Origin: the human T2T-CHM13v2.0 reference genome, Homo sapiens | Assembly: GCF_009914755.1 (NCBI RefSeq) | Contig: NC_060928.1 | Length of the DNA stretch: 64,000 bases | Reading direction: 5' to 3' (one strand) | In this document: positions 14,572 through 27,370 of the stretch, piece by piece | Layout: every line of letters begins with the position of its first letter | Numbering within the stretch: the first letter of the stretch is position 1 | The notes under the pieces: model-generated | The model's input: the letters and a program-made list of their open reading frames with translations, nothing else | Database searches by the model: none | Told to the model about the DNA's origin: nothing | Translations under genes and position numbers: made by a program

Positions 14572-14724
14572 CCTGGGCGAAGTGGCTCACTCCTGTAATC
14601 CCAGAGCTTTGGGAGACTGAGGTGGGAGGTTGCTTGAGGCCAAGAGTTCAAGGTCACAGTCAGCTGTGATCGTGCTACCGCACTCCAGCCTGGGTGATAG
14701 AGTGAGACCTATTAAAAAAAAAAA
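14572..14724 (+). mobile_element. FAM/FLAM-type Alu monomer
   Basis: Single monomer running from the 5' Alu motif directly to cactccagcctgggtgatagagtgagacc plus A tail. TSD-like tattgtt. Confidence 0.85.
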
Positions 14725-14977
14725 GTATTGTTGGGAGCATAAACACGTGGGAAATGGTCAAGAACGGCCGTCAATATACTCTGTTTTTCACTGAAAACTA
14801 CCTTTGCCAGAGAGCGAGCAGAGATGAGGAAAAGGAGTGGAAGAAGTCCTCCACTCTGATAGTGTTACTGGAACAACGAGACAAAAGCGGTGTGCTCCTT
14901 CCACCTGTTTGCTCCGTGTCCCTGTCGGCGCCCCCTCTCCTGCTAACCCCCCCGTGCTTTCTCTGATTGCTGTTTAG

Positions 14978-15139
14978 TGTGGATCCTTCACCTGTGGGTG
15001 AGTCTAAGCACCGCCCAGGTCAGTCTTCAGCTCCTGCTCCTCCACCTCGTCTTAACCCCTCCGCCTCCTCGCCAAACTTTTTTAAGTACCTAAAACATAA
15101 TTCCAGTGGAGAACAAAGTGGGAATGCTGTGCCAAAGAG
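14978..15139 (+). CDS. TBC1D1: TBC1D1 alternative cassette exon 1 of the long (muscle-type) isoform (phase 2-2, 54 codons)
   Basis: Branch-like gCTAAC at 14942-14947, pyrimidine tract, tgtttAG ends 14977, donor AG|GTGAGC at 15140. 162 nt open in the TBC1D1 frame: (N)VDPSPVGESKHRPGQSSAPAPPPRLNPSASSPNFFKYLKHNSSGEQSGNAVPK. Consistent with the known 94-aa long-isoform insert. Confidence 0.9.
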
Positions 15140-15246
15140 GTGAGCACACTCACGTGGCAAGTTTGGTGTTGTCTGTTTTCCTGGGGAGTTCACACTGATG
15201 AGGATGTGCTGAATGGGGGGAATGTCCATGCAGGAAGCAGAGCCAC

Positions 15247-15289
<43 letters not shown>
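15247..15289 (+). repeat. (TG)14(CG)4(TG)3 microsatellite
   Basis: Read directly; 43 nt of uninterrupted purine/pyrimidine alternation. Confidence 0.97.
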
Positions 15290-15374
15290 CTTTGTTTATA
15301 TTTTGTCTTATTTTCAGCTGTCATTTGAACCAAGTTAATTTTACTATTGATGACTTTTCTTAAGATTATTATGA

Positions 15375-15816
<442 letters not shown>

Positions 15817-16154
15817 TAACATCTGTGTTTGATCATGTACACTGCAATTTGTGCCATATCAGAAACTTCCTGATTGATTTAGGGGAATTATTTTTCCCAG
15901 TTTGAAAGGAAGAGTTATTTGGAAAATGGATGGATTTTCTTTTTTAAAAAATTATTGATCCCATTCATTTAAAATCAAATTTTATTGGTGAAAATGAAAA
16001 TTAAATCTCATTCGTGAACTACTTTTAATTTCTTACCTAGTTTTCTTTTCTTAGCATTAGAACAAAAATGTTTCTTTTATTTTGAAGCTTATATTTTATA
16101 CTTTGTGTTTTTATGTTTCTTTATCCTAAACTCTTTTTTCAACCAAACTCTTAG

Positions 16155-16274
16155 CATCTCCTACCGTAATGCCCTGCGGAAAAAACTTCATTCTTCTTCC
16201 TCTGTGCCAAATTTTCTAAAATTTCTGGCTCCTGTAGATGAAAATAACACCTCTGATTTTATGAACACAAAAAG
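16155..16274 (+). CDS. TBC1D1: TBC1D1 alternative cassette exon 2 of the long (muscle-type) isoform (phase 2-2, 40 codons)
   Basis: Long U-rich tract, ctcttAG ends 16154, donor AG|GTAGGG at 16275. 120 nt open: (S)ISYRNALRKKLHSSSSVPNFLKFLAPVDENNTSDFMNTK(R). Confidence 0.9.
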
Positions 16275-17247
16275 GTAGGGCTTAATTTAGATATATCAAG
16301 CCTGGGTGTTACTAAGTGTTGAATATCATTAGATATACAAGGGTGTTTTAATTACTATTTTGCCATTTAAAAAATCATTTCAGCTAAATCTGTTGTATCT
16401 TCTTTCTTATACTTTTTTCTTACTGAATGCCATTTTTAAAAATGTGCAACCAACCTGTTCTCTAGTTTTGACGAGGATTAGTTTAAGTGTTATCTTAAGA
16501 AAAGTCTTTGCCAAGTCTCTGAGACCAGTGTTTCTGGTTAGTGAGCATATGTCTGTTTCAAATCAGGATGTCTGATCTGTTCAGGACGTCTAATCTGTAA
16601 GTTGAGGGGATTGCTTACTTACAGGTACATAACTTGGGTATAAATTGGAAGGGCCTTCTCAGGTTGTCCTGTGAATAGGAGAAAACATTTATGATTGTGT
16701 TTATATATTGATAACTGTATTTTGTAGTTTAAAAAATACACACGTTAAAACAATTATCATCATCAAGTGACTGCATAGTTATTGCCTTGCTGGTTCTGTG
16801 TAATTAAATTGCAAGTTTTTTCATTTTTTGTGGGAATCCTTGGAGACATGGGCCTGTGCTGAGCAGATATTCCCATGCACAGAAGAGGGCAGAATGGGGC
16901 CCCTTGGCATCACCCCCTTTCCCCCTTTAGGCAGTTTCTCTTTATCAAAGTGGCACCAAGAGAGGCCCAATTGGAACTATGATATGTGGAACATGTTTCT
17001 TAATCTCTGTTACAATCGAAATCACTTAAGGGCATGTAATCTTTCTCTTTTCATGAAAAGAATTCTGTAAGAAAGCAGTTCTTTAGGAATGATGACCCAC
17101 TGTGAGCTTGATATAACTTCTGTGATTGATTATTTGTTTATACAAAGATAGTTGATAATTTAGTGATTTGTTTAAAAAAATGTTAAGCTAACAAAATCCC
17201 GTGAATTCCTCCCCACTAGTCATAAATCAATCATCTTATAATTTTAG

Positions 17248-17387
17248 GGACTTTGAATCCAAAGCAAACCATCTTGGTGATTCTGGTGGGACTCCTGTGA
17301 AGACCCGGAGGCATTCCTGGAGGCAGCAGATATTCCTCCGAGTAGCCACCCCGCAGAAGGCGTGCGATTCTTCCAGCAGATATGAAG
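17248..17387 (+). CDS. TBC1D1: TBC1D1 coding exon (phase 2-1)
   Basis: attttAG|G GAC...GAA G|GTAAGG. 140 nt: DFESKANHLGDSGGTPVKTRRHSWRQQIFLRVATPQKACDSSSRYE. Confidence 0.97.
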
Positions 17388-17635
17388 GTAAGGCCGGTAC
17401 CTGAAATGAAACCTCAAAGAGAGCACGCTGACAGAGGACCCTGGGAGCCCCATCATATTGGTAAGAAAGCAGAGCGCCGTCCTCTTCAGTATTGGCAGGT
17501 CTGAGGCAATCACAAAGGTAACTAGGGAGGGAATTTAGAGGTTACCCTCCATTTCTTAGGGAAGGAATTTAAAGCTAATTTAGGGTAACCTCTCCATAAA
17601 CAGGAGCAGAGCTCTGATGTTTAGAGTGGTCACAG

Positions 17636-18335
17636 TGTTAACCAGCGGTGAATCCAGACAGGTCTGCGGCAACCTCACTTCTTGCCTCCTAGGACATAAG
17701 GCAAAAGGAGAGACTGAGGCAAGTTTTAGAGCAGCAGTGAAAGTTTATTAAAAACTTCAGAGCAGGAATGAAAGGACGTCAAGTACACTTTGAAGGTGGT
17801 TAGGCGGGCAACTTGAGAGATGAAGTGTGAGATTTGGCCTTTTGACCTGGGGTTTTATATGCTGCCATACTTCCGGGGTCTTGCGTTCCTTCTTCTCTGA
17901 TTCTTCCCTTGGGGTGGGCTGTCCGCATGTGCATTGGCGTGCTAGCACACGGGGGTTGTGGGGGAGCGTGCGCAGGGTGTTTACTGGAGTTGTAGGCGTG
18001 CTCACTTGAGGCGTTCTTCCCTGTCCAGTCTAGCATTCCTAGAGGAACGTCATGCACCAGGTAAATTCCGCCATGTTGCCTCTTAATGCGCATGCTTGAG
18101 CCCACTCGCCCAGCTCCCGAGATCTTATTGGGAAGCTGCAGCTCCCCAGTTTTAGGTGTTTTCTATCTACTGGGAGCCCGCCCTTCCTTGGTGCCCGCTG
18201 TGACCAACGATCACTTTAGAGAAACAGTTGACAACTGCCTGACCAACACCTGATGGTCGCCTGACATTGCTGGTGCATATCTGGAAAGGGCCCTCTCCTG
18301 CCGTCCTCATGTCTGACGAGCTACCCGCTGTAACC
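17636..18335 (-). mobile_element. Solo ERV1 LTR, MER50-like
   Basis: Starts tgttaacc and ends ctgtaacc. Contains gagactgaggcaagttttagagcagcagtgaaagtttattaaaaa (AATAAA on the minus strand), resembling the recalled MER50 consensus. About 700 nt. Confidence 0.75.
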
Positions 18336-19553
18336 AAAGCGTGGGCTTCGGAGTCTGCTTTCAAATCCCAGCTTTTCCCCTTAGGAGCTGTGAACTAGAA
18401 TAAACTGTCTAAAGTTACCACCTATAACCTGGGATTAATTATGCCTGTTGCCACACTGATAGAGACAAGGCAGCATGATATCATTACTGATACATTTTTT
18501 TTAAAGCATTCAAAATTCATAGTACTGGAAAGAAAATCAGTGATGCGAATGTTTCCAGGGTAATGTCACCTCCCATGCTGTGGAAGTCCTTCGGGTGAGC
18601 CTGGCCCCTTGCTTCTTTTGCCCCAGCCTTTCTATGTGGGGGCACCATGGAGCTGCCACTCACCAGCACCTTTTTTCCCTCAAGTAGTTTGTACCTATAA
18701 AGTATTCCTGCCGTGGGTGGCCCCTCGGTGGAGCTGCTGAGCCTAGCCAGGGTTTGATTTCTCTTCCTGCCAGTGTGAGCCAGATGGCCACATCTCTCTT
18801 CCCCTGCCCCGTGGAGAGGTCTGCTTACCGCAAAGAAGGGCTCTTCCTCCCAGGTCCTGTAGCACCCTGTTAGAGGGTGTGGAGTGGAGCAGTGGGAACC
18901 AGAGCCACCAGAGGGAGGCCCTGGAGGAGGAACGAAGCTGATTCATGTCTGAAAGGGGTGCCAGAACCCAAGTTTCGGTGTTTAATAAAGAGTGCCTCGG
19001 TGTTGCGGTGGCCATACCTCACAGGGCATGGTCGCTTGGAAATTTCTGCTCGGAAATGCTTTGTGCAGTGGCCAGGATGCGTTAGGGGCCACAGATGACT
19101 GCTTGCTCCATCATAGAACAGTTCCAAGTTTTCAAACGAGCATTCACAGACTGAGCCGCATCCTGCCTCCCTGTCCTCTGATTCCTGGCTTCTTCTCTGG
19201 TCTCTGAAGCCACACGGAAATGTGTTTGCATCTGTTTCCTGCCCTTCAGATGACAGAGGACCATGGAAGCTGCTGCCTCCTTTAGCTCTCTTCTCCAGGG
19301 GAATTGCCCTCGTCACTGTTTGGGAACCCCTGGTCCGAGTCCTGTCCTCCGAAGAGCCTCTGCCCCTCCTGGAGTCCTGAGTTGAACTTGGTGTTCACTT
19401 GGCCTCTGGCTCTGGCAGTGTGTTGCTCCTTCCGTTGACCTGCCACTGCTCTGTTAATGCAGATTGATCTTCATAATCTGTTTCTGCTTTAAGTGATTAA
19501 CTCAAACATTCTTGGCTCTTATTCTATCTTGTCCTTTGGGATATGAACCATTA

Positions 19554-19870
<317 letters not shown>

Positions 19871-22759
19871 TCATGTCTATACTTGAGAAGTTTTTTTCCC
19901 TCGCATAGTTTGTACCTATAAAGTATTCATCAGTTTTGAGCAGTCCTTTTGCGATTGTTTTGAGTCTTGAGTCTGGTGACCAGTAAGTTGTATATATTTG
20001 CCTGTCAAGTGGACAAACATGGCCTTTGTGCCTTTAAGTAATGGCTAAAAGTACCAAACAGAACAGGGCCTGGCATAGATGCTGCTCCTCCTGTTCCTAG
20101 GCCGTAATCACCCCTGATTCATCAGACCCCAAACAAGTCAGCTCCTCTCCCTCCTGTGCCCCACCACCCAATCTCCTGCAGGAAGATGTCTAGAGACCCC
20201 TGTCAGCGCTAGGCAGAGATCACCATCCATGTCCACCTTTCCTCTGATGCAGGTTCCCACTAGCCCCTCTGGCTTGTGCCATGCCAGCCATGAACTCACC
20301 CTCATGCCCCACCCGAGCCCTGGCACAGGCTATTCCCTCTGCCTGGAATGCTCTTCGTCAGTATCCCCATGGCTCCCTCCCTCCCCTTCCCTTGTATCCT
20401 GACTCTCCCATAGCAGCTCTCTCCCTGTAACACATGTTCACAGGTTCATCTTTGTCACCCATCTCCGGCAGCTCCTGCAGGCTTGATGGCTGCTAAAGGC
20501 AGGCAAGTCAGTGGCTCAGATTCTTGCAAACTTAGTGATTAGTGATTTCTCAACTCCCTCCTCATGCCTCCTCTGTCTCTATAGGCACATATTATTTCTT
20601 ATCTCTTCTCAGAACCAAGCCGCCTGAATTTCTGAATAACATTGTTTAAGTGTTCTGTGTATGCAAAAGAAAAACGAGAATAAAAGGATTATTAAGGAAG
20701 AATTAATATAATAATAGCCACATATTATGCTCTTTTTATACTCTGCTAAGTGCTTTACATGAATTATTTCCTTTAATTAGACAATCTTAAGAACATCGAC
20801 ATTTTTATGAAGCCCATTTTACAGGTGGGTGAGTGGAGGCTGGGAGTGGCTTAAATCACTTTCCCCAAACCAGGGAGTTAGTGGGAGCCAGAGGCAGGAC
20901 CTGAGCTCGCGGGTCTGAGCTCCAAAGCTCATTCTCTGAACTGTGCACAGCACTGGGCTGCAGCCAGAGATGCAGGACGCTGCGGGACCCTCTGGAGGTG
21001 GTCCTGCCTGTGCTTCCCTCTTCCCACAGGAAGCTCCCTATAGGCATCTGTGTTGGGCGTGGACTCTCAGTGTACCTGCATGTCTCCCTGTTGGCCAGAC
21101 ACCAACACTGAATGGAAAACATGTTTCTGGGCATTTTAATGTACGTACTTGCCTTCAGTCAATCTCCTCCGCCCCCTTCCATCCTGACCGCCTCCCTAAT
21201 AGTTAGCAGTGGGACTGGAGCTTGAATGGCAACTGATTTCTGTCTGAGAGGACAAATCAGGCATCTTTGTCCTCTGCCACTGTCTGTTCCCCATCCTTAG
21301 GATGCACGATGCCAGAGCCCTCCACTGTGGTCTGTGACCACTTTGACCCACACTAGCAGGTCTCCATATGTTCCTTCCAGCTGAGAGACATCACATCCAA
21401 AGACAGTTTAGAGCTCTGAGGTTTCTTTCCCCAGAGGTCCCTGCTTTGTGCAAACTGTCTCCAGCCAAGCGTGCACAAGACTCTGTTCCTGATTTGCCTG
21501 GGCGGCTGAGCCATGGGCAGCTGAGCCTGCAGCCGCTGGACTCACTGCATTCCCACTCTGACTTTGGCATGAAAGACACACAAGTGTGCTTGTGAGAAAT
21601 AGATCTTAACAGTACCTTTTAACACCTATTTCAGGTGCTCAAAATGACTGCCTGTTTTACATTTATATTCTGGCAGTGCAAACTTCAATTGGACAGGAAA
21701 TCTTACAACCTCTCTTCCAGGTGAAAAAGCGAGGCAGGGATGTTTATACAGTTCCATCCATGTCATCCCACTTGGAAGATACTAGTAAAACACACCAACA
21801 GTAATACAAAAACCATGGTGTTTGCAATAGTGATAATGTTACTAGTGAAGGAAAAATAGAAACTTTCTGTAATTTGGAGATTCTAATTTTTATAGGTGGG
21901 CTAAAAAAAAAATCTGGAGAGAAGGGTGTTAAGTGAGTAAGGAGTGTGTCTCTAACTAAATATAGTGTAAAAAGAGAAGAAAATACAAAGTCAGGCACAG
22001 TGGATAGAGGTGGATAGTCTAATCTCTAATAGTATAATGGGCAAAATTGTCTCAAACAAAATTAGTCTGCCTCTTGTTTACTCAGGGATGTGTGACTGTT
22101 TTCTATGCACAAAATCCCCATGAAATAATTAAGTTGCAAGAATCTGAACTTTATATTTTGGAAACCTATCTGAGGTAGGTAGGAAGTTAATTTATATTTA
22201 GAAATTTGCTTGCATATGTCTAGTAGCTCCAGGACAAATATTCCCAAATCCCAGACTATTTTTTTTTCTTTTTAAATTCAACAGTGACCAGTTGGTCTCT
22301 TGTAAGAATTACAGCCTTAAGTTAGCAAAGTCTAAGAGGGCTGGTTTTAATCCTGAACCTCAGAGGGTCCCTGCTTCTCAAATACTAAGTAGGTCACGTG
22401 CACAGCAGGTACTACATTGAAGGGAAATTGTATGATAAATAGGAAATCAGCGATTTTTACTTGGAGACTTGGCAAGGCAAATGTTTTTGTAATAAAAATA
22501 GATCGTGAAATAGAATCCTGAAAGCTGCCTGTTTAAATGTAAAGCAAATGGCTTTAGTGATGCTTTAAGTGTGGCAGTCACTTCTGGCTGCCGCAGAAAC
22601 TATAGAAAGTGCATTCTCTCTTGGTGCTGTGGGTTCTTAGGGTGAATGCCTTGTGTGACGCTGAGTATGTGGAAGGACCATTCATTCTTGGTAACTATAC
22701 ACTAGGCAGAGGGTGGCGTTAGCGAAGCTACTGCAGGTTGGGTGTGTTTAAGATTTGGA

Positions 22760-23593
22760 TTTATTTTTCTTTTAATTTTTATTTTTAGTTCCAGGGTACA
22801 TGTGCAGGATGTGCAGGTTTGTTACATGGTTAAACGTGTGCCATGGTGGTTTGCTGTACCTATCAACCCATCACCTAGGTATTAAGTCCAGCATGTGGTT
22901 ATTTTTCGTAATGCTCTCCCTGCTCCCTGCCGCCCCCCAACAGGCTCCAGTGTTTGTTGTTCCCTTTCCTATGTCCATGTGTTCTCATGATTCAGCTCCC
23001 ATCTATGAGCAAAAACATGTGGTGTTTGGTTTTCTGTTCCTGCGTTAGTTTGCTGAGGATAATGGCTTTCAGCTTCATCCATGTCCCTGCAAAGGACATG
23101 GTCTCATTCATTTTTATGGCTGCATAGTAGTCCATGGTGTATATGTACCACATTTTCTTTATCTAGTCTATCATTGATGGGCATTTGGGTTGATTCCATG
23201 TCTTTGCTATTGTGAATAGTGCTGCAGTGAACATATGCATGCATGTATCTTTGTAACAGAGTGGTTTATATTCCTTTGGTTATGTACCCAGGAATGGGAT
23301 TGCTGGGTCAAATGGTATTTCTAGTTCTAGATCTTTGAGGAATTGCCACACCATCTTCTACAATGTTTGAACTAATTTACATTCTCACCAACAGTGTAAA
23401 AGCATTCTTACTTCTCCGCAACCTCACCAGCATCTGTTGTTTCTTGACTTTTTAATAATCACCGTTCTGACTGGTGTGAGACAGTATCTCCTTGTGGTTT
23501 TGATTTGCATTTCTCTAATGATCAGTGATGTTGAGCTTTTTTTCATGTTTGTTGGCTGTATGAATATCTTCTTTTGAGAAGTGTCTGTTCATG
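22760..23593 (-). mobile_element. 5'-truncated L1PA (about L1PA8-PA11) 3' end
   Basis: gttccagggtacatgtgcaggatgtgcaggtttgttacat...ttgctgaggataatggc...cttttgagaagtgtctgttcatg: L1 3'UTR plus end of ORF2, antisense. Confidence 0.93.
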
Positions 23594-23794
23594 AGAGAGA
23601 CATATTTGCTCCTCTGAGTAAAGGGTAAGGATGCTTACGTCTGTGTGACAGCCTTCTCTCTTTTTCAGAACCTCACTGTGGATCGCCATCGTTGGCCTGT
23701 ACTGAAGGTAAAGCAGATAGAGGCAGTCTCATCTGTCAGATGAAGACCTCATACACCTGTTGATTAAGAGGCTTTCTTCAGATCATGGTTTAGA

Positions 23795-23930
23795 GCGGTG
23801 TTTTACAAACTTGATGTGCTTGGAGTCTTCTGGAAATCTTGTTAAAAGGCAGACTCTGTTGCAGTAGGTCCGGGTGGGTTCTGAAGTTCTAACAAGCTCC
23901 CCAGTGAGGCTGATGTTTCAGGTCCACTGT
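23795..23930. mobile_element. MER5-family MITE
   Basis: aatcttgttaaaaggcagactctg...cagtaggtccgggtggg...tctaacaagctccccagtgaggctgatg. Confidence 0.65.
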
Positions 23931-26265
23931 GAGGAGGCAGGGCTTAGAATAAACAACCGTGGGAAATCCAGTCCAGATCTTTGATGCATCCTAGGTTAGG
24001 CCTGTCTGTCAGGCTGCCCTGGGTCTCTAGTGATGGACTCCAGGAGTCTCTCAAGTCTCAAATAAGTCTGAGTCATCAGGGATATTTTTTGAGAAGAGTT
24101 GTGCTGTCTGAAGAAGCAAAGAGTGAGTGTGATGGGGAAAATGCAGTGATTAAAAACATGGTAAGGTTTAAAGAAAGATTTGACCATATGCCAGGTGAAC
24201 CCAAATGTATGGTGCTTTGCGTCTTTCCTGCCCTTTGGTTTTCCAGGGAGGCAAGGCCTTATCTCTTATGGAGCACAGGAGACACAGTGTGGGCGTTTGT
24301 TTTCTCAGCCGTGGGCTCTAACCTAATTGTCAAGCCTACAAAAAAAAAATGCTGAAAATCAACTTCTGACTAGATATCTGGTAGTACATAATCTCCATAA
24401 TTTTCTCTCTGGGTGTATTATGCAAAAGATAATCCTTTGTTATTAAGAAACAATTTTTAAGGCAACTCCCAACTTTGAAACGGGGAAAAATCATTTTATT
24501 TACCTCTATGTGCTAGGGAACAATATTAAATTTAGTTTTATACTTTTCCTTTAAGCATTTCAGATTATATTGTGCATTTCACCAACAATAGAAGCTTTCA
24601 GACTTTATATGTCTTGTAAAAAAAAGCCTAATATAGATAAGAATAATTTATTGATTTGAAACCCATTGTATAAGAAATAGTCCAGTGAAACTTAAGTTCA
24701 AAGTTTTTTTTGTCTTGTGGATGTAGCTATGTCAATATGCCTAGTTTATAGTAACATTAAGTCTAGTGGATTAGATATTAGATATCAATTGAGATGTAAG
24801 CAGTAATAAACAGTAATGCCTAAACTGAAGTATATAATCTGAATCTTTATGATGACCAATTTATATTATTGTGAAAAACTTAGGAACTGATTTGAAACAT
24901 GATTTACATGTTTTACATGAAACATGATTTACATGTGTCATATATAGTTTTCAATAATTTACGTACCAGCAGGAAATTTTAGTGGATAAGTGGAATAAAC
25001 TGCAGGTGAAACTTTGCTGGAAAATACAAGCATAGTGACATCTGTGCACCAAAAGCACCTGGGGAGATTTTTTAAAACATGGGCCAGACATGCCTTCCTG
25101 GCTGTCTCCCTCACTGTCAGTGAGTGTGGGGATGGGGTCTGGGCCTGAATTCTTTCTTTTTAGACTCCTCAGGATTCTGATTGCTGCCACGTTGAGAGGG
25201 TTGACCTCAATTCGGACCTCAGAGGGTGACTTGAGAAACTGTCACCACTTGGTGGCAGTGTTGCTCCCCGCATCTTGATTGCCCTTGTTTCTTTCCAATC
25301 CCGGAAAAGTGTGCTTGTTTTTTTTTTTTTCCCTGCGTGTTTTTGTTTTTGATCTTGCTATAATATTTATATTCCTTGCTCATTTGCAACTTATTTGAAT
25401 GGAGAGCTACTTTCTGAAATCTAGATGTTTTTCTTTTTCTACAGGGTTTTAGGGCATGGGCAAAACACGGAAGAAAAAAGTTGTCTTCAGTTGGCAGAGA
25501 CGTGGATTTTTAAGATTGTTCTTAATTTACTTTCTGTATAACTTTGCTTTTCTGTGGTGAACAAAGACCAGGTTCAAGATAAAATATTGCAAGCCAAGAA
25601 TCTGATTGTTCATGGATTTCTATGGTTAAAGATACTTGATCACCTCCCCATCCGCCCCCTACCCCACCCACCCTGCGCCGCCCCCACACCCCATTGTGCT
25701 TCTTGGCTTGTCATTTCAAAAGTCAAGGAAGTCACAGTGAATGGCAAGATTTTACCTCGACTTGCTATTTTTGTGCCTGTTAACAATTGTGAGTTAACAC
25801 TGACTGAGCTTTTCCTAGTGAACCTCCGGCGTTTAAACAGCCAGTCCATAACACTGTGTGAGGGCTGGAGCTAAGGTTATTGGTGACACAAGATAGCACC
25901 TGAGCCAGTGCTGCTTGGTAGGAGGGCTGAGGGGAAGAGGGCTGAGGGCTTGGATGCTGAGATGCTAGAGTCACATCGCCTGGATTTGAATCCCTGCCCT
26001 CCTGTTCTGATACCAGCTGACCCATGACGATGCTACAGCACCTGACAGCAGATTCCTCCTTAGGGCTGGTCTAACTCTAGAGTGTGTGCCTGTGTGCCTG
26101 CAGGAGAATGTCCAAAGTGAGTGATCTTGATCTGTTAACCTTTGAATTTTAACCTATACCAGGGAGCCATTGAAGAGTTTAAAGCAAGTGAATGACGAGT
26201 AGTTTGAAAATATTTCCAGGTGGATAGAATTTGTGGACATACATGAACATGAGCAGCCTCAAAAT

Positions 26266-26437
26266 CAGGGCTGGGACTAGAGTGAGGCCAGCACGTGTCC
26301 AGGGTGCAAAATGTAAGGAGGCATTCACTTTCAGGGCCTGGCAGGTGTGGACCCTGAACTTCCAGGACCTTGAGAGTGAGTGTCTCCTAAGGATTACACC
26401 CTGGGGGCCTATTTGCCTCATCCTGGTCCCTGGTCCT
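26266..26437. mobile_element. MER96-like palindromic hAT MITE
   Basis: cagggctgggactagagtgaggc...aaggaggcattcactttcaggg / ccttgagagtgagtgtctcctaa...gcctcatcctggtccctggtcct. The two halves are imperfect reverse complements. Confidence 0.75.
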
Positions 26438-26544
26438 CTGTGTACCCTATTGCCTGCTTCAGTAAACAGGCAGCCCTGCAAGGGAAGGAAGGGTTGGATC
26501 AGCTCTGAGGAGGGAGTTTTTTTAGAAGGATAGATTTGTTTTGT

Positions 26545-27370
26545 TTAAAAAACAGCTTTATTGAGATATAATTCACATCCTATACAGTTTGTTCATTTAA
26601 AATGTACAATTCAATGTTGTGAGGTTATTTTTTGGTATATCCACAGAGTTGTGTGACCATGACCACAGTCTAATTTTTTTTATTTTTTATTTTTTGAGAC
26701 GGAGTATTGCTCTGTCGCCCAGGCTGGAGTGCAGTGGTGCGATCTCGGCTCATTGCAACCTCTGCCTCCTGGGTTCAAGTGATTCTCATGCCTCAGCGAC
26801 CTGAGTAGCTGGGATTACAGGCATGCCCCACCAAGCCTGGCTAATTTTTATATGTTTACTAGAGACGGGGTTTCACCATGTTGGCCAGACTGGTCTACAA
26901 CTCATGGCCTCAAGTGATCCTTCTGCCTCAGCCTCCCAAAGTGTTGGGATTACAGGCGTGAGCCCGACCCACCGCAGTCTAATTTTGAAACATTTTTTGT
27001 CCCCCTAGAAAAAAACCTGTAGTTGTCACTTGCCAATCTACTGCCGTCCACCTCTAACCATAGACAGCCCCTAATCTACTTTCTGTCTCTATAGATTTGC
27101 CTATTCTGAACACTTCATCTAAGTGCAATCATATAATATGTGGTCTTTTGTGTCTGGCTTCTTTGATTTAACATGTTTTCAAAATTCATTATGTCATAAT
27201 ACATACCAGTAATCCATTCTTTTTTAATGACTTATTAATATTCCGTTGTATAGAGACATCACATATGGTTTATCCTTTACCAGTCGAGAGGCATTTGGAT
27301 TGTTTGCACTTTTGGCTGTTACGGATAATACCGCTGTGAACATTGATGTATGTGTTTTTGTGTGTTGAAT
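26545..27370 (-). mobile_element. L1MB-type 3' end interrupted by Alu
   Basis: cagctttattgagatataattcacat...ctaatctactttctgtctctatagatttgcctattctg... Confidence 0.85.
26674..26970 (-). mobile_element. Alu (Sx-like)
   Basis: Antisense Alu, TSD cagtctaatttt. Confidence 0.94.
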
